Source: a virus. Taken from it: 49,667 bases of DNA. The notes beneath the pieces are model-generated. The model did no database searches. It was not told the DNA's origin and was given only the letters and a program-made list of their open reading frames with translations. The stretch is from IMG/VR virus record IMGVR_UViG_3300045988_167549, positions 1-49,667 of that record; one strand, 5' to 3'. A program made the translations under genes and the position numbers. Below, piece by piece: positions 1 to 8,988 of the stretch. How positions within the stretch are numbered: position 1 is the first letter of the stretch; each line of letters opens with the position of its first letter.

Positions 1-119
1 AATTCTTCCATTCTTATAAATCCTAACTTTAAATTTATTTTTACAAAAAGGACATACTACATTTTGATTTTTATACACCTCTTTTGCAATTACGTGTTCA
101 TTACACTCCATACACGTAA
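1..119. repeat. Terminal overlap, exact copy of 49549-49667; indicates a circular 49,548-bp replicon
   Basis: Read base by base; the 119 nt at both window ends are identical. Confidence 0.95.
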
Positions 120-195
120 ACCAATGAACTAAATCGCCATCTTTACAAGTTTTATTTCCTTCATCATCTAAAAATACTCTATCTATCTGTTTCAC
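1..195 (-). CDS. Zinc-ribbon small protein, N-terminal 65 codons; the ORF crosses the circular junction (70 aa in total, stop at 49531)
   Basis: GTG start at 195 after GAAAGGTGA RBS; two CxxC pairs (CMEC, CPFC); frame continues into 49548->49531. Confidence 0.5.
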   Translation of the reverse strand, partial: MKQIDRVFLDDEGNKTCKDGDLVHWFTCMECNEHVIAKEVYKNQNVVCPFCKNKFKVRIYKNGRI

Positions 196-235
196 TTTAA
201 TTTCACCTTTCTTCACAATATTTTTGAATTGTTCA

Positions 236-577
236 TTATATTAACTCTGAATTTTCATATATATTACCTATAATCTCAACATTTATATCTATCCATCTAT
301 AACAACTATATGCACCATCAGTAATATAAAAGCTTGCGTTATTAAATTTAACTACACCAATATGAGGTGGAATATCAGTATTATAATTATCTGTAAACTG
401 GACTATATCACCTTCATATATTTCTTTCCCATTTTTATCTTTTAATCCTGTGTATTGAGTTAATTCAAATCTCTCATCAATTTCATTGTTGTTTAATGCA
501 CTTATAGGACTACTCAATACAATATCCCTAAACCTTTTATAATGTTTATCCCATGCTCTAAATTTAATTTCTCTCAT
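236..577 (-). CDS. YopX-family phage protein
   Basis: MREIKFRAWDK N-terminus and overall pattern typical of YopX; AAGGAGG RBS. Confidence 0.85.
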   Translation of the reverse strand: MREIKFRAWDKHYKRFRDIVLSSPISALNNNEIDERFELTQYTGLKDKNGKEIYEGDIVQFTDNYNTDIPPHIGVVKFNNASFYITDGAYSCYRWIDINVEIIGNIYENSELI

Positions 578-611
578 TTTTCTCCTCCTTATTTAATGAA
601 CAATATAATCA

Positions 612-794
612 TTATCCTTGTAAAAGTGATAACATATAATCTATTAATTCATCTTGTTTATTAATTATCTTCTCTTGACCTTCTGCTATCGCCTTAATAT
701 CTTTTTCCGAAAATGCTTCTTCATTCTTTATTAATTCCAATTCAACAACCATTAACTTTAGCTTCTTTACTTCTTCAATTGTCAAATTAATCAC
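612..794 (-). CDS. Hypothetical small coiled-coil protein (start may be TTG at 785)
   Basis: ORF in operon context; AAGGAAGTGA upstream. Confidence 0.45.
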   Translation of the reverse strand: MINLTIEEVKKLKLMVVELELIKNEEAFSEKDIKAIAEGQEKIINKQDELIDYMLSLLQG

Positions 795-822
795 TTCCTT
801 CGCAATAATTTCAAATTATTCT

Positions 823-1131
823 CTAATCCTCATATATTCCTTTTGCTATCTTAGGTTCATAATTTGTTACTAATTCTAAAATGTCTTTAGATATATCTTT
901 ATAACAATAATTTCTAAGGAACTCTAGTAGCTTTTTATTTTTCATTAATTCTTTTATTCTATGTTCTGGATGACAACAACAATCTTTATTTTTGCAATAC
1001 CTTATGTCATATTTAATTTTTATTAATTCTTTTATTAATTCTTAAAAATCAAAATAAACATTAGCATTTTCTATAAAATGAGTTTCATCGCCATCCTTAA
1101 GTAATAATTCAAATATTATTTTATCTATCAT
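823..1131 (-). pseudogene. 102-codon reading frame interrupted by one in-frame TAA (1042-1044); Cys-rich C-terminal half
   Basis: ATG at 1131 gives 29 codons, then TAA, and the same frame stays open for 72 more codons to TAG at 823-825; tandem 12-bp duplication abuts the stop. Confidence 0.4.
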
Positions 1132-1148
1132 TTTTGTTCTCTCACTTT

Positions 1149-2063
1149 CTACATAAACTCTTTGATGACTTCTATAACTTCACCTTCAAGGTTATTAAGC
1201 TTGTCTATTTCTTTTAAAAGAGCTTCTCTTCTATCACTAGCCCAATTTTGAACTGCTGGAATATTTACAAATGCATCATCACTCCCCTTGATTGTTAAAA
1301 CTCCGCCATTAATTTCATATTCTCCATGTTCTCCAGTAACATCACAGCTAACAACTTTAACAACCTTATTACTAACTTTGAATTTACTCATTTCCTTAAC
1401 CTCTGCAACTTCCTTTACTTCTACAGGCTCAACAACCTTTTTATCTTTCTTTTTGCCTTTAGAAGATTTATTTTCCTTCTTTTCCTCAAATATATACTCT
1501 ATAGCTTTTTCAATGTCTTTATCCTTAACCGATTCGCTTATCTCCATAGCTTTTTTAATTCCTTCTTGCTCTGCCATGAACCTTTCATAACTTTCCATTT
1601 CTTTTTTCCAATAAATATTAATCTCTGGTGTAGTTAAGCCTGTTCCCTTGTATTCAGCTCTTATTTTCTTAACAATATCTTTTCTTTCCATTCCTTCAAA
1701 TATCATGTTTGCTATTTTTTCAGCAACTTCATTTTCAATCTTTTTTACTGACATAATTCTCTCCTCCGTATTCATAGTTTCTAATACTTCCTTGCATTCC
1801 CTCATAAGCTCACCGCACCTGGTAATAACTTTTTCAATGTCTTTATATTTTAAATCGGTGCATTCAATTAACGCCCCTTGAACACTAACATCAAAACAAT
1901 TCATTAATACAATTCTTGCATAATCCTTTCCAGCTTCAACTACATCATTAATGTACTCTTGTTGAAGGGGAGTAAGCTTTTTAGCAAACTCCGCCTTTTT
2001 CTTAGCCTTTTTAACAAGTTCCCTTTTATCGGCTCTTATTTCATTTCTGTTTAATATCTCCAT
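1149..2063 (-). CDS. Hypothetical early protein, 304 aa, charged/coiled-coil
   Basis: Long ORF with RBS AGAGGTGA; no family recognised. Confidence 0.6.
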   Translation of the reverse strand: MEILNRNEIRADKRELVKKAKKKAEFAKKLTPLQQEYINDVVEAGKDYARIVLMNCFDVSVQGALIECTDLKYKDIEKVITRCGELMRECKEVLETMNTEERIMSVKKIENEVAEKIANMIFEGMERKDIVKKIRAEYKGTGLTTPEINIYWKKEMESYERFMAEQEGIKKAMEISESVKDKDIEKAIEYIFEEKKENKSSKGKKKDKKVVEPVEVKEVAEVKEMSKFKVSNKVVKVVSCDVTGEHGEYEINGGVLTIKGSDDAFVNIPAVQNWASDRREALLKEIDKLNNLEGEVIEVIKEFM

Positions 2064-2075
2064 AGCATTTCACCT

Positions 2076-2486
2076 CTAAAAAGGCATTGAGCCATCATCT
2101 ATAGGCGTGTCTAGACCTTCCCAGTTATCTACATTGTTTTCTTGACTTCCTACACTTTTGTTATTGTTATTATTTTTGACACCTAATAGATTAATTCCAT
2201 CATAACTATCTGCAACAATTTTAACTGCATATCTATTATTTCCGTTTTGATCTTGCCACTTCTCTTGTACTAACTTCCCAGTGACTCCAATTTGAGTTCC
2301 TTTAATTAAGTATTGTGCTAAACTTTCTGCACTCTTCCCGAATAATACAACATCAAAGAAGTATGATTTTTGCTTATCACCAAAACCATCATTAACCGCA
2401 ATACTAAAATTTAATGCTTTAGTTTCTCCAGCAGTTCTAAGCTCTGAATCCTTCCCCAATCTCCCGATAATATTAACCTTGTTCAT
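2076..2486 (-). CDS. ssb: Single-stranded DNA-binding protein
   Basis: MNKVNIIGRLGKD OB-fold N-terminus, Asn/Gly-rich linker, acidic tail DDGSMPF. Confidence 0.9.
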   Translation of the reverse strand: MNKVNIIGRLGKDSELRTAGETKALNFSIAVNDGFGDKQKSYFFDVVLFGKSAESLAQYLIKGTQIGVTGKLVQEKWQDQNGNNRYAVKIVADSYDGINLLGVKNNNNNKSVGSQENNVDNWEGLDTPIDDGSMPF

Positions 2487-2619
2487 CTTCCTTTTCCTCC
2501 TCTAATCTTTTAAGCCCCCTAATTAATATAAGTCCTATTTCACTTAACTCACTATTTGTAAGGGAAGGACCAACCTTGTCTAAAGTTGCCTTTATAACCC
2601 TTAATGCATCTAAAGCCAT
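2470..2619 (-). CDS. Small hypothetical protein (49 aa)
   Basis: ATG preceded by GGAGG at 8 nt; fills the gap between the HD and ssb genes. Confidence 0.4.
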
Positions 2620-2622
2620 TGA

Positions 2623-3225
2623 CTAAACCTCCAAATGTTCTTCGTAAATATAACTAGCTTCTAAATCTGCACTATGAAGCAATACCGCCCATTTGCATTT
2701 ATTCCAACAACCACTTACTGCATTCCAATTCTCTTTAGGTTCATATCCACCCATATGAGCTCTAATTGCATACATTTCATCTAAAGTTAACCTTATAAAA
2801 CTACTTAATATGATGATGCTTTTCTCTCCATGCCCCAATGGAACTTGGTCATCTACTTGATAAAAGGGAACTTTTTCCCATTTTCCAGTTACATCATTCT
2901 TTTTATTTCTTGTGCTTACTGTATAAAAATTAACTTTGCATAAATCATGCAGTAAACCACATATAGCAACATTCTCTAAAGGAATATTTAAATCTGTGTA
3001 ATGCTCTGCTTTAGATTTTAAAACTCTATATACATTTAAACTATGTTGAGCTAGTCCACCCTCGTAATTACTGTGGAATCTTGTACTAGCTGGAGCAGTA
3101 AAGTAATCATGTTTACATAACCATTCAATTAATCTATCCATTCCTGGTCTTTCAATTGTTTCTAATATGCTAACAATCTCTTTTTTATTAGCTTCAACAT
3201 TTGCTCTTATTTCTAACTCTGTCAT
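2623..3225 (-). CDS. HD-domain phosphohydrolase
   Basis: H...HD signature (AQHSLNV, GLLHDLCK) typical of HD-superfamily hydrolases. Confidence 0.75.
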   Translation of the reverse strand: MTELEIRANVEANKKEIVSILETIERPGMDRLIEWLCKHDYFTAPASTRFHSNYEGGLAQHSLNVYRVLKSKAEHYTDLNIPLENVAICGLLHDLCKVNFYTVSTRNKKNDVTGKWEKVPFYQVDDQVPLGHGEKSIIILSSFIRLTLDEMYAIRAHMGGYEPKENWNAVSGCWNKCKWAVLLHSADLEASYIYEEHLEV

Positions 3226-3239
3226 AACCTCAATTCCTC

Positions 3240-3818
3240 CTAATTATTGATGTACCACTTACCACGAATTTCATCTATTTCAAAACTATCTTCTCCATAC
3301 CATTCATTTTCGGTTTTAGAATATAAATCTAATCCACCTTCTTTTTTATATTTATATTGACTATAACAACTCTCTATTTCCTTCCCTTTCTCATAAGCCT
3401 TAAAAGCTTCTTCAAAAGTATATTGTTTTCTTTGTAGATGATATAATGTACTAGAAACAAACCCCATTGAATTAATTCTCCTATCTCTATCTTTAAGAGT
3501 TATAACAACATCATTTGTGTTCATTAAGCTTATAATTTTCTCTTCACTCTCCCAAACTTCACCCTTTTTAATATCAGCAATAACTTCTCTAAATGTTTTT
3601 CCTTGAGTTTCTTTCTCTTTCTTAACTTTCTCTAACATTTCATCAGTCCAATTAAATATATTTTTTTCAAAAATATAAACTCCTTCATAAATTTTTTTTA
3701 TCGTGAATATCTGACCTTTATATTCTTTCATACCATCTACAAAACGTTCTTTACCGTAACAATTCCCTATAACTAAATCTTCTCTAACTCTAACCTTATC
3801 TCCAACTTTAAACTTCAT
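3240..3818 (-). CDS. Hypothetical protein, 192 aa
   Basis: ORF with AGGAGGAG RBS; no family recognised. Confidence 0.6.
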   Translation of the reverse strand: MKFKVGDKVRVREDLVIGNCYGKERFVDGMKEYKGQIFTIKKIYEGVYIFEKNIFNWTDEMLEKVKKEKETQGKTFREVIADIKKGEVWESEEKIISLMNTNDVVITLKDRDRRINSMGFVSSTLYHLQRKQYTFEEAFKAYEKGKEIESCYSQYKYKKEGGLDLYSKTENEWYGEDSFEIDEIRGKWYINN

Positions 3819-3831
3819 TGTTTATCTCCTC

Positions 3832-4110
3832 CTAAAATGGTAGTGTCCAGTTTTCACTTTCTAAAAACTTTAAGTCATCAAGAACTTTCTTCATTTCCTC
3901 AACATTAAGAGTTATCATTTGAAAATCTTTTGTTAATTCCAAAACTGCTTCTCCTTCTTTATTAAATTTTAAAAAGCTTCTAAACCTATCTTTTTCAACA
4001 TAACCCTCTATAAAGTCATAAGATTCCATCATTTTTATAAAATCTCTTTCCTTTACAGCCTTATCAATCACTTTCGTTATTTTATCTATAGCAATATCAA
4101 CCTTAGCCAT
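3832..4110 (-). CDS. Hypothetical protein, 92 aa
   Basis: ORF with GGAGGA RBS. Confidence 0.55.
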   Translation of the reverse strand: MAKVDIAIDKITKVIDKAVKERDFIKMMESYDFIEGYVEKDRFRSFLKFNKEGEAVLELTKDFQMITLNVEEMKKVLDDLKFLESENWTLPF

Positions 4111-4118
4111 ATATCCTC

Positions 4119-4889
4119 CTATAAGTCACTTAGACTTAATATTCTACTAACCTTATTAACGCTCTTGCAGTAATCACAACTACCACACCCTACAGGCTCA
4201 ACCTTTCCCTCTTTAATAGCTTGAAATCTTTCAGTATAAAACTCCATTTCTTGAAGTTTATTATCTGTATAACCTTTATCAATTCTTATAACAGCTTTAT
4301 CTGGAATATCTTCTTTAGTTACAGCTATTATGTAAGGTACTAAATCAACCTTGAACTGCTGCTTAATTAACTCCCTATAAACTGCCATCTGCTCAATATA
4401 TCCATACTGCTCTATGAAGTTAAGCCCTCCATTATACTTCTTATAAATTCCTTGAGTTGTCTTTAAATCTCCAAAGAAACCTTTGTCTAAATTAAGAACA
4501 TCAACTTTAGCTTTCCAGTTAACTCCAAAGAGTTTTCCAGTTACTATAACCTCTTTATCGCCATCTAAAAATTTCATGCAAACTTTGTCATTTTTTAAAG
4601 CATTAATCATTTTATCTCCAATTTGAAAAGTAGCTTTTAATTGTCCTTTTGTTGTTCCCCTGCTTGAAAACATTTCTGGGTGTTCTATTTTGAATTGTTC
4701 TATAGTCCCATCATTAAAGCTATGAACATAACCTCCAAGTAGAAAAGCATCATTATTTGATTGTCTATATTCGCCTTTGACTTTAGCTACTGCCTTTGCT
4801 TCACATTGTTTGAATAGCTTGTACAAAGAAACTGAAAAATATTCTTTATCTGCTTCGAAACTATAATAGTTGTCATCATTTAGTAGCAT
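4119..4889 (-). CDS. PD-(D/E)XK-type recombination exonuclease with C-terminal Cys cluster (Cas4/exonuclease VIII-like)
   Basis: GDLKTTQ motif, C-terminal CGSCDYC cluster, position next to recT; ATG 4889 has an AGGTGA RBS (the track ORF starts at TTG 4916). Confidence 0.65.
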   Translation of the reverse strand: MLLNDDNYYSFEADKEYFSVSLYKLFKQCEAKAVAKVKGEYRQSNNDAFLLGGYVHSFNDGTIEQFKIEHPEMFSSRGTTKGQLKATFQIGDKMINALKNDKVCMKFLDGDKEVIVTGKLFGVNWKAKVDVLNLDKGFFGDLKTTQGIYKKYNGGLNFIEQYGYIEQMAVYRELIKQQFKVDLVPYIIAVTKEDIPDKAVIRIDKGYTDNKLQEMEFYTERFQAIKEGKVEPVGCGSCDYCKSVNKVSRILSLSDL

Positions 4890-4917
4890 TTTTCTATCAC
4901 CTGCCTTAAATCGCAAT

Positions 4918-5259
4918 CTAATTTTTAATACTTGCTCTACAAGTTGCTAATATTCTCTTCATATCTCCATAAGTTACTTTCTTATTGGAATAGGCACTTC
5001 TCATGGGGTATTTATACCACTCTATTTCTATATTCATTGGCTTAAATATAAAGTTTGGCTCATCTTGAATATCTTCATCTTCTCCCCAGTAGAATGGATT
5101 TATTAAAAAAGTTTCATTTTCAAATCCACCTCTATCAGTTACATTTTCATGTTCTTGATTATCATAATATCCACATCCATCAAACCCATTATCATAAAGC
5201 CATTCTGCAAATAAATCTTGTATTGATTCTCTATCTATTTCAAAATTAGCATCTTTCAC
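4918..5259 (-). CDS. Hypothetical acidic protein, 113 aa
   Basis: ORF in operon. Confidence 0.55.
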   Translation of the reverse strand: MKDANFEIDRESIQDLFAEWLYDNGFDGCGYYDNQEHENVTDRGGFENETFLINPFYWGEDEDIQDEPNFIFKPMNIEIEWYKYPMRSAYSNKKVTYGDMKRILATCRASIKN

Positions 5260-5288
5260 TAATCAACAACCCCTTCGTTCAAAATTAT

Positions 5289-6122
5289 TTAAAAATCTTT
5301 TTCTTCTTCAACTTCCTTAAATTCAGTTTCAATTACTTCTTCTTTTACTTCTTCAATAACTCCATCTGCTTCAAGCTCTTTTTCAATCTCTGACTTTTCA
5401 CTTTCTACAGGCCCATTCTTAAACTCCATATCTGAAGTTTCTTCCCAAACTTTGCCTTGCTCAATACTGTCAAAATCTAATTCAATATGCTTACATAATC
5501 TTCTTAATACAGTTTTCTTAGCCATTTCTCCAAAGCTCTTCTCCCAAGCATCTGAAAATCTGCCAGTTTTCTTTGATTTTTTACTAAAATTATCCCTTAT
5601 ATATTCAATTTCAGCCTTGCTCATAGTTTCGTAGGCCATACTTCCATCAACATAATAAACTACTGCAAAAGCTCCGATAATGGGCTTAGTATTAAATGAA
5701 ATAGGTTTAAAATTTATATATTGCTTTCCTCTTTCAACTTCTTCCTCAAAAAAATCGCCTTCTCTTACAATCTTTGCATATATATCTTTTATTGGATTTA
5801 TGCTATACTTTTTACAAAGCTTTTCCTCGCCTTTGTAGTCAGTCATAAATTGAGGTTGTCCTCCATAAGTTATGACATAACATTCTTTATTAAAGAAATC
5901 TAAGCCGAGGTAAGCACCTTTCATAATGCACTTTGCTAAATTAAACTCTTGCCCTTTCATGCTACTGATATCAAGATCATTTAAAACAGCAAGTGCATTT
6001 TGTTTAAATCTTAAAGTATTAAATCCTTTGGGTAATGCAGCTACTTCCCTATCTAACATAGTTGTAAGCATAGTATTAGTTTGTTTTAAAACTACAGTTT
6101 GTAATTGATTATTTACAGCCAT
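5289..6122 (-). CDS. recT: RecT-family single-strand annealing recombinase
   Basis: Length, N-terminal region and acidic C-tail resemble RecT; paired with the exonuclease. Confidence 0.8.
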   Translation of the reverse strand: MAVNNQLQTVVLKQTNTMLTTMLDREVAALPKGFNTLRFKQNALAVLNDLDISSMKGQEFNLAKCIMKGAYLGLDFFNKECYVITYGGQPQFMTDYKGEEKLCKKYSINPIKDIYAKIVREGDFFEEEVERGKQYINFKPISFNTKPIIGAFAVVYYVDGSMAYETMSKAEIEYIRDNFSKKSKKTGRFSDAWEKSFGEMAKKTVLRRLCKHIELDFDSIEQGKVWEETSDMEFKNGPVESEKSEIEKELEADGVIEEVKEEVIETEFKEVEEEKDF

Positions 6123-6295
6123 TCTTCATCTTCACACTCCTTCTTATATTGCTCCATACAATCTTCACAGATAAAAACATCATTAATTTCATAATAAGCA
6201 TCTCCTAAAAATATCCCATAGCCACAATCAGCACATTCATAAACTTCTTTAGCTGGTGGATTTTCATATCTATAGTCGTACATACTTCCCATCAC
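6113..6295 (-). CDS. Small zinc-finger protein
   Basis: CADCGY ... CEDC double CxxC. Confidence 0.5.
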   Translation of the reverse strand: MMGSMYDYRYENPPAKEVYECADCGYGIFLGDAYYEINDVFICEDCMEQYKKECEDEEWL

Positions 6296-6558
6296 TCAAT
6301 ATCCTTTTCAAGAACTTGTCCAATTTCTACAGGCATTTCAAAGACAAATTGAGTTATAAGATTTCTAGCACTACCATGCACTATATGCCCTTGCATATCA
6401 TCTAAAACGCTTAAAGCTTTCTCTTCAGTTTCATAAGCTCCTAAAGTTGCACCCTCACAATCCTCTGGACCTTGATATCCTATAATAATTCCACTTTCAC
6501 TAACTGCAAAGCTATCATAATTGCCTAAAAACTTTTTATTTTGACTTCTTACCCACAT
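6292..6558 (-). CDS. Hypothetical protein (start moved to ATG 6558)
   Basis: AAGGAGG lies 7 nt before ATG 6558. Confidence 0.5.
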   Translation of the reverse strand: MWVRSQNKKFLGNYDSFAVSESGIIIGYQGPEDCEGATLGAYETEEKALSVLDDMQGHIVHGSARNLITQFVFEMPVEIGQVLEKDIE

Positions 6559-7057
6559 TTTGATTGCCTCCTTTAAATTCACTTAATGCTTTTAAAGTTT
6601 CGGTAAAATATTTACTTTGCTTTAAATATACATATCTTTTAAGATTTTTGTCGTATACTCTACAAACCCAGCTTCCACGACTTGTTTCCCAATATATTCC
6701 GCTTACAAAACTTTTTTTAGCCTTAAACATTTCTAGCACTTGAAGGGCTCTCTCTTTTGATGTAGTAGTTGCAATATTGCAATACTTTCCATTATCGTTT
6801 ACTTTAACTTCGTACTTCTTAGTTTTCTCATTGAAATAAATACCAGCTTTATTAGTAATAATTTCAGTTTCGCCCTTAGAAGAGTTGATAGTATTTGCTT
6901 GTCCTCTGCACTCTGCTATATGTTTAACTTTTACAACTTGTCCTTTTTTGTTAGTAAAACCAAGATGCTTGTTGTATTTCTCACAAGCTATAGTTTTAAT
7001 TCCATCTGGAAACTCATAATCATAAATCTTAATCCATCGACAACTCTTACAATCCAT
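6536..7057 (-). CDS. Putative DNA-binding protein with two AP2-like repeats (start at MDCKSC)
   Basis: GIYFNEKTKKYEVKV and GIYWETSRGSWVCRVY resemble AP2/HNH-associated DNA-binding repeats; GGAGAG RBS before ATG 7057. Confidence 0.5.
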   Translation of the reverse strand: MDCKSCRWIKIYDYEFPDGIKTIACEKYNKHLGFTNKKGQVVKVKHIAECRGQANTINSSKGETEIITNKAGIYFNEKTKKYEVKVNDNGKYCNIATTTSKERALQVLEMFKAKKSFVSGIYWETSRGSWVCRVYDKNLKRYVYLKQSKYFTETLKALSEFKGGNQNVGKKSK

Positions 7058-7265
7058 GTTTATCTCTCCAATCCACACCAATATCAATTCTTTCAACCTT
7101 ATAACCAGATATTTCACCAGTTGATTTTTGATGTTTATTTTTAAATACACCATTTTCAGTAATTCCTAAATACTTACCCAATTCTTTTGCTGTATCTGCA
7201 ACTGCTACAGGCAATTCAAGCTCATCTGATGTGAAAGCTATCCATAAACTTTTACTTTTTGCCAT
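7047..7265 (-). CDS. Hypothetical protein (start at MAKSK)
   Basis: ATG 7265 overlaps the stop of the upstream small ORF. Confidence 0.45.
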   Translation of the reverse strand: MAKSKSLWIAFTSDELELPVAVADTAKELGKYLGITENGVFKNKHQKSTGEISGYKVERIDIGVDWRDKHGL

Positions 7266-7419
7266 AGCTCTTTCCTCTATTTTTAATGATCCACTCTTTA
7301 TATCTTTGATTTTGCAATTCAACTATCTCTTCATCTCTCTTTTGACTTAACAAGACAGTTACCATATCGTTAGGGCCAAAACGATTGATTGATTCTTCTA
7401 GCATTTGTTGAATACTCAT
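7252..7419 (-). CDS. Small hypothetical protein (55 aa)
   Basis: ATG preceded by AGGGGG RBS; not in the ORF track (<60 aa). Confidence 0.4.
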   Translation of the reverse strand: MSIQQMLEESINRFGPNDMVTVLLSQKRDEEIVELQNQRYKEWIIKNRGKSYGKK

Positions 7420-7423
7420 AAAT

Positions 7424-7528
7424 TTACCCCCTAAATACTTTTTTGAATTTAGAAGCCCCTTCTAATGTAGGATTAACCCCTAATTCTTTACATATATCAA
7501 TGTATTGCTTAAATAGTTTAAAACTCAT
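7424..7528 (-). CDS. Small hypothetical protein (34 aa)
   Basis: ATG preceded by GGAAGGGAGAG; follows the Rha gene stop. Confidence 0.3.
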   Translation of the reverse strand: MSFKLFKQYIDICKELGVNPTLEGASKFKKVFRG

Positions 7529-7544
7529 TATACTCTCTCCCTTC

Positions 7545-8282
7545 CTAATCAAAATCAAACATTATCTCTATAAAGGAATGTACTGCATTGTATTTACCTA
7601 TAGGTATCTCTTCCCACTTAGTAACCTTAAACTCTTTGAATATTTTATTCTTAGCCTTTAGATATTCAATGTCATTAGCTTGTATAACTATTCCATTGCG
7701 TTTATATAGCTCTTCTTTGAGCTTAGATATTAAACTACTTACATTCTTAGACCTTAGTCCTATAAGGCTCATGGCCTTATCTATTTGATGGTCTTTAGCT
7801 TGAATACTGTCTTGTACATAAGTTTGAATTGTTCCTATGCTCTGCAATAATCCTTGAACTACTTGACCCATTTGGTAAGTCCCTTGGGCTATATTCATCA
7901 TTTGATTTGCTAAATCTAAATTTTGCATTTGCAGGAATGGATTTTTAATAGCTTGTTCCATTTTATTGAATGCTTCTATATATTTAAGCTTCCATTCATC
8001 AGCTTTTGCTCCTGTAAATCCCATAACTAAAAAACTGAATCCATCTCTAGTAAGTAAATATTCTTTATTCATCTTTCCATTCGATGCTCTGTATTCACTT
8101 TCAATGAATAGACCACAAAATTGTGGTGTACTAATCCTGTTTTTATAAACCTCAATATCTCTTAATACCTGGTCGTGTCTTTTCCCAAAATCCTCTGCAA
8201 CCTGTCTACTAGTTACAACTAACTCTCCATTATCATTTCTTGTTACTACAACCTCTTTGTGTATATGTCTTAGATTTTCCAC
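7545..8282 (-). CDS. Rha-family phage regulatory protein / antirepressor-like
   Basis: N-terminal VTSRQVAEDFGKRHDQVLRDI pattern of Phage_pRha. Confidence 0.8.
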   Translation of the reverse strand: MENLRHIHKEVVVTRNDNGELVVTSRQVAEDFGKRHDQVLRDIEVYKNRISTPQFCGLFIESEYRASNGKMNKEYLLTRDGFSFLVMGFTGAKADEWKLKYIEAFNKMEQAIKNPFLQMQNLDLANQMMNIAQGTYQMGQVVQGLLQSIGTIQTYVQDSIQAKDHQIDKAMSLIGLRSKNVSSLISKLKEELYKRNGIVIQANDIEYLKAKNKIFKEFKVTKWEEIPIGKYNAVHSFIEIMFDFD

Positions 8283-8299
8283 TTTCCTTCACTCCTTAA

Positions 8300-8440
8300 T
8301 TAAGATGTTTTTTTTAATAATTCCTTAGCCTTCACCAAGCCACTTACATATCCTAAAACATAATTAATATCTTCAGGATTTAATTCATCAAAAATTTGCA
8401 AATTAGCTTTTAAAAGTGCTTCTTTCTTTTTAATGTCCAT
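8300..8440 (-). CDS. 46-aa first gene of the leftward early operon
   Basis: Strong GGAGGTG RBS; sits immediately downstream of the leftward switch promoter. Confidence 0.5.
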   Translation of the reverse strand: MDIKKKEALLKANLQIFDELNPEDINYVLGYVSGLVKAKELLKKTS

Positions 8441-8470
8441 AAATTCACCTCCAAAACTCCTGTTAATATA

Positions 8471-8571
8471 ATAATATTTTTATTTTTCTCCATTGTCAAG
8501 AGTTTTTATTTTGTTTTTAGAGTTTTTACTACCTAAAAACTCTTGACAATGGATAATTTAAAATATACAAT
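8471..8571. promoter_or_regulatory. Lysis-lysogeny switch: back-to-back sigma-A promoters embedded in a perfect 19-bp inverted repeat
   Basis: IR CCATTGTCAAGAGTTTTTA 8490-8508 / 8534-8552. Rightward TTGACA 8543-8548, 17 nt, TACAAT 8566-8571. Leftward TTGACA (8499-8494), 17 nt, TATTAT (8476-8471). Third GAGTTTTTA copy at 8520-8528. Confidence 0.7.
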
Positions 8572-8580
8572 TATCTTGAG

Positions 8581-8964
8581 GTGATTCTTTTGAATAAAAG
8601 ATTAAGGGAATTAAGAAAATCTCTTAAGTTAACCCAACAAGATTTCGGTTCTAAAATAGGGTTAAGTAACACATCTATAGGAAATATAGAAAATGGTGTA
8701 ATTAACTTAACAGACAGGAATGTGTCTTTAATATGTTCTACATATAATGTTAATGAAAGCTGGTTGCGTGATGGTAAAGGCGAAATGTTTAACCCTATGA
8801 CGGAAGATGAAGAACTTTCTTATTTACTAGGAGCTCTTATGGCTGAAGATTGTGATTATAAAAAGAAATTTATAAAATCAATGCTGGAACTAGAAGATGA
8901 ACTTGATTGGATGATAGTGACTAATCTTGTTGAAGGACTTAAAAAAAAGAATGAAAAAAAGTAG
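8581..8964 (+). CDS. XRE-family HTH repressor (CI-like); start GTG 8581 or TTG 8590
   Basis: LTQQDFGSKIGLSNTSIGNIENG HTH; divergent from the early operon; no Ser/Lys peptidase-like C-domain recognised. Confidence 0.8.
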   Translation: MILLNKRLRELRKSLKLTQQDFGSKIGLSNTSIGNIENGVINLTDRNVSLICSTYNVNESWLRDGKGEMFNPMTEDEELSYLLGALMAEDCDYKKKFIKSMLELEDELDWMIVTNLVEGLKKKNEKK

Positions 8965-8988
8965 AGAAGTGACTCTCTACTTTTTTTT
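8954..8988. terminator. Bidirectional rho-independent terminator
   Basis: GTAGAGA-agtgac-TCTCTAC stem flanked by an A-run and a T-run. Confidence 0.7.

Noticed and set aside
1288-1881. Plus-strand ORFs antisense to the 304-aa gene, and similar antisense ORFs at 5055-6108, 6899-7788, 7966-8148, 11611-11829, 15608-16195, 19444-19689, 20946-21397, 22900-24146, 24846-25067, 25753-26007, 28174-28590, 32676-32942, 42858-43379, 46338-46583 and 47944-48602
   Set aside because: All lie inside longer, RBS-preceded genes on the opposite strand or in a different frame. They encode Leu/Phe/Ile/Ser-rich low-complexity peptides, as expected from AT-rich antisense translation.
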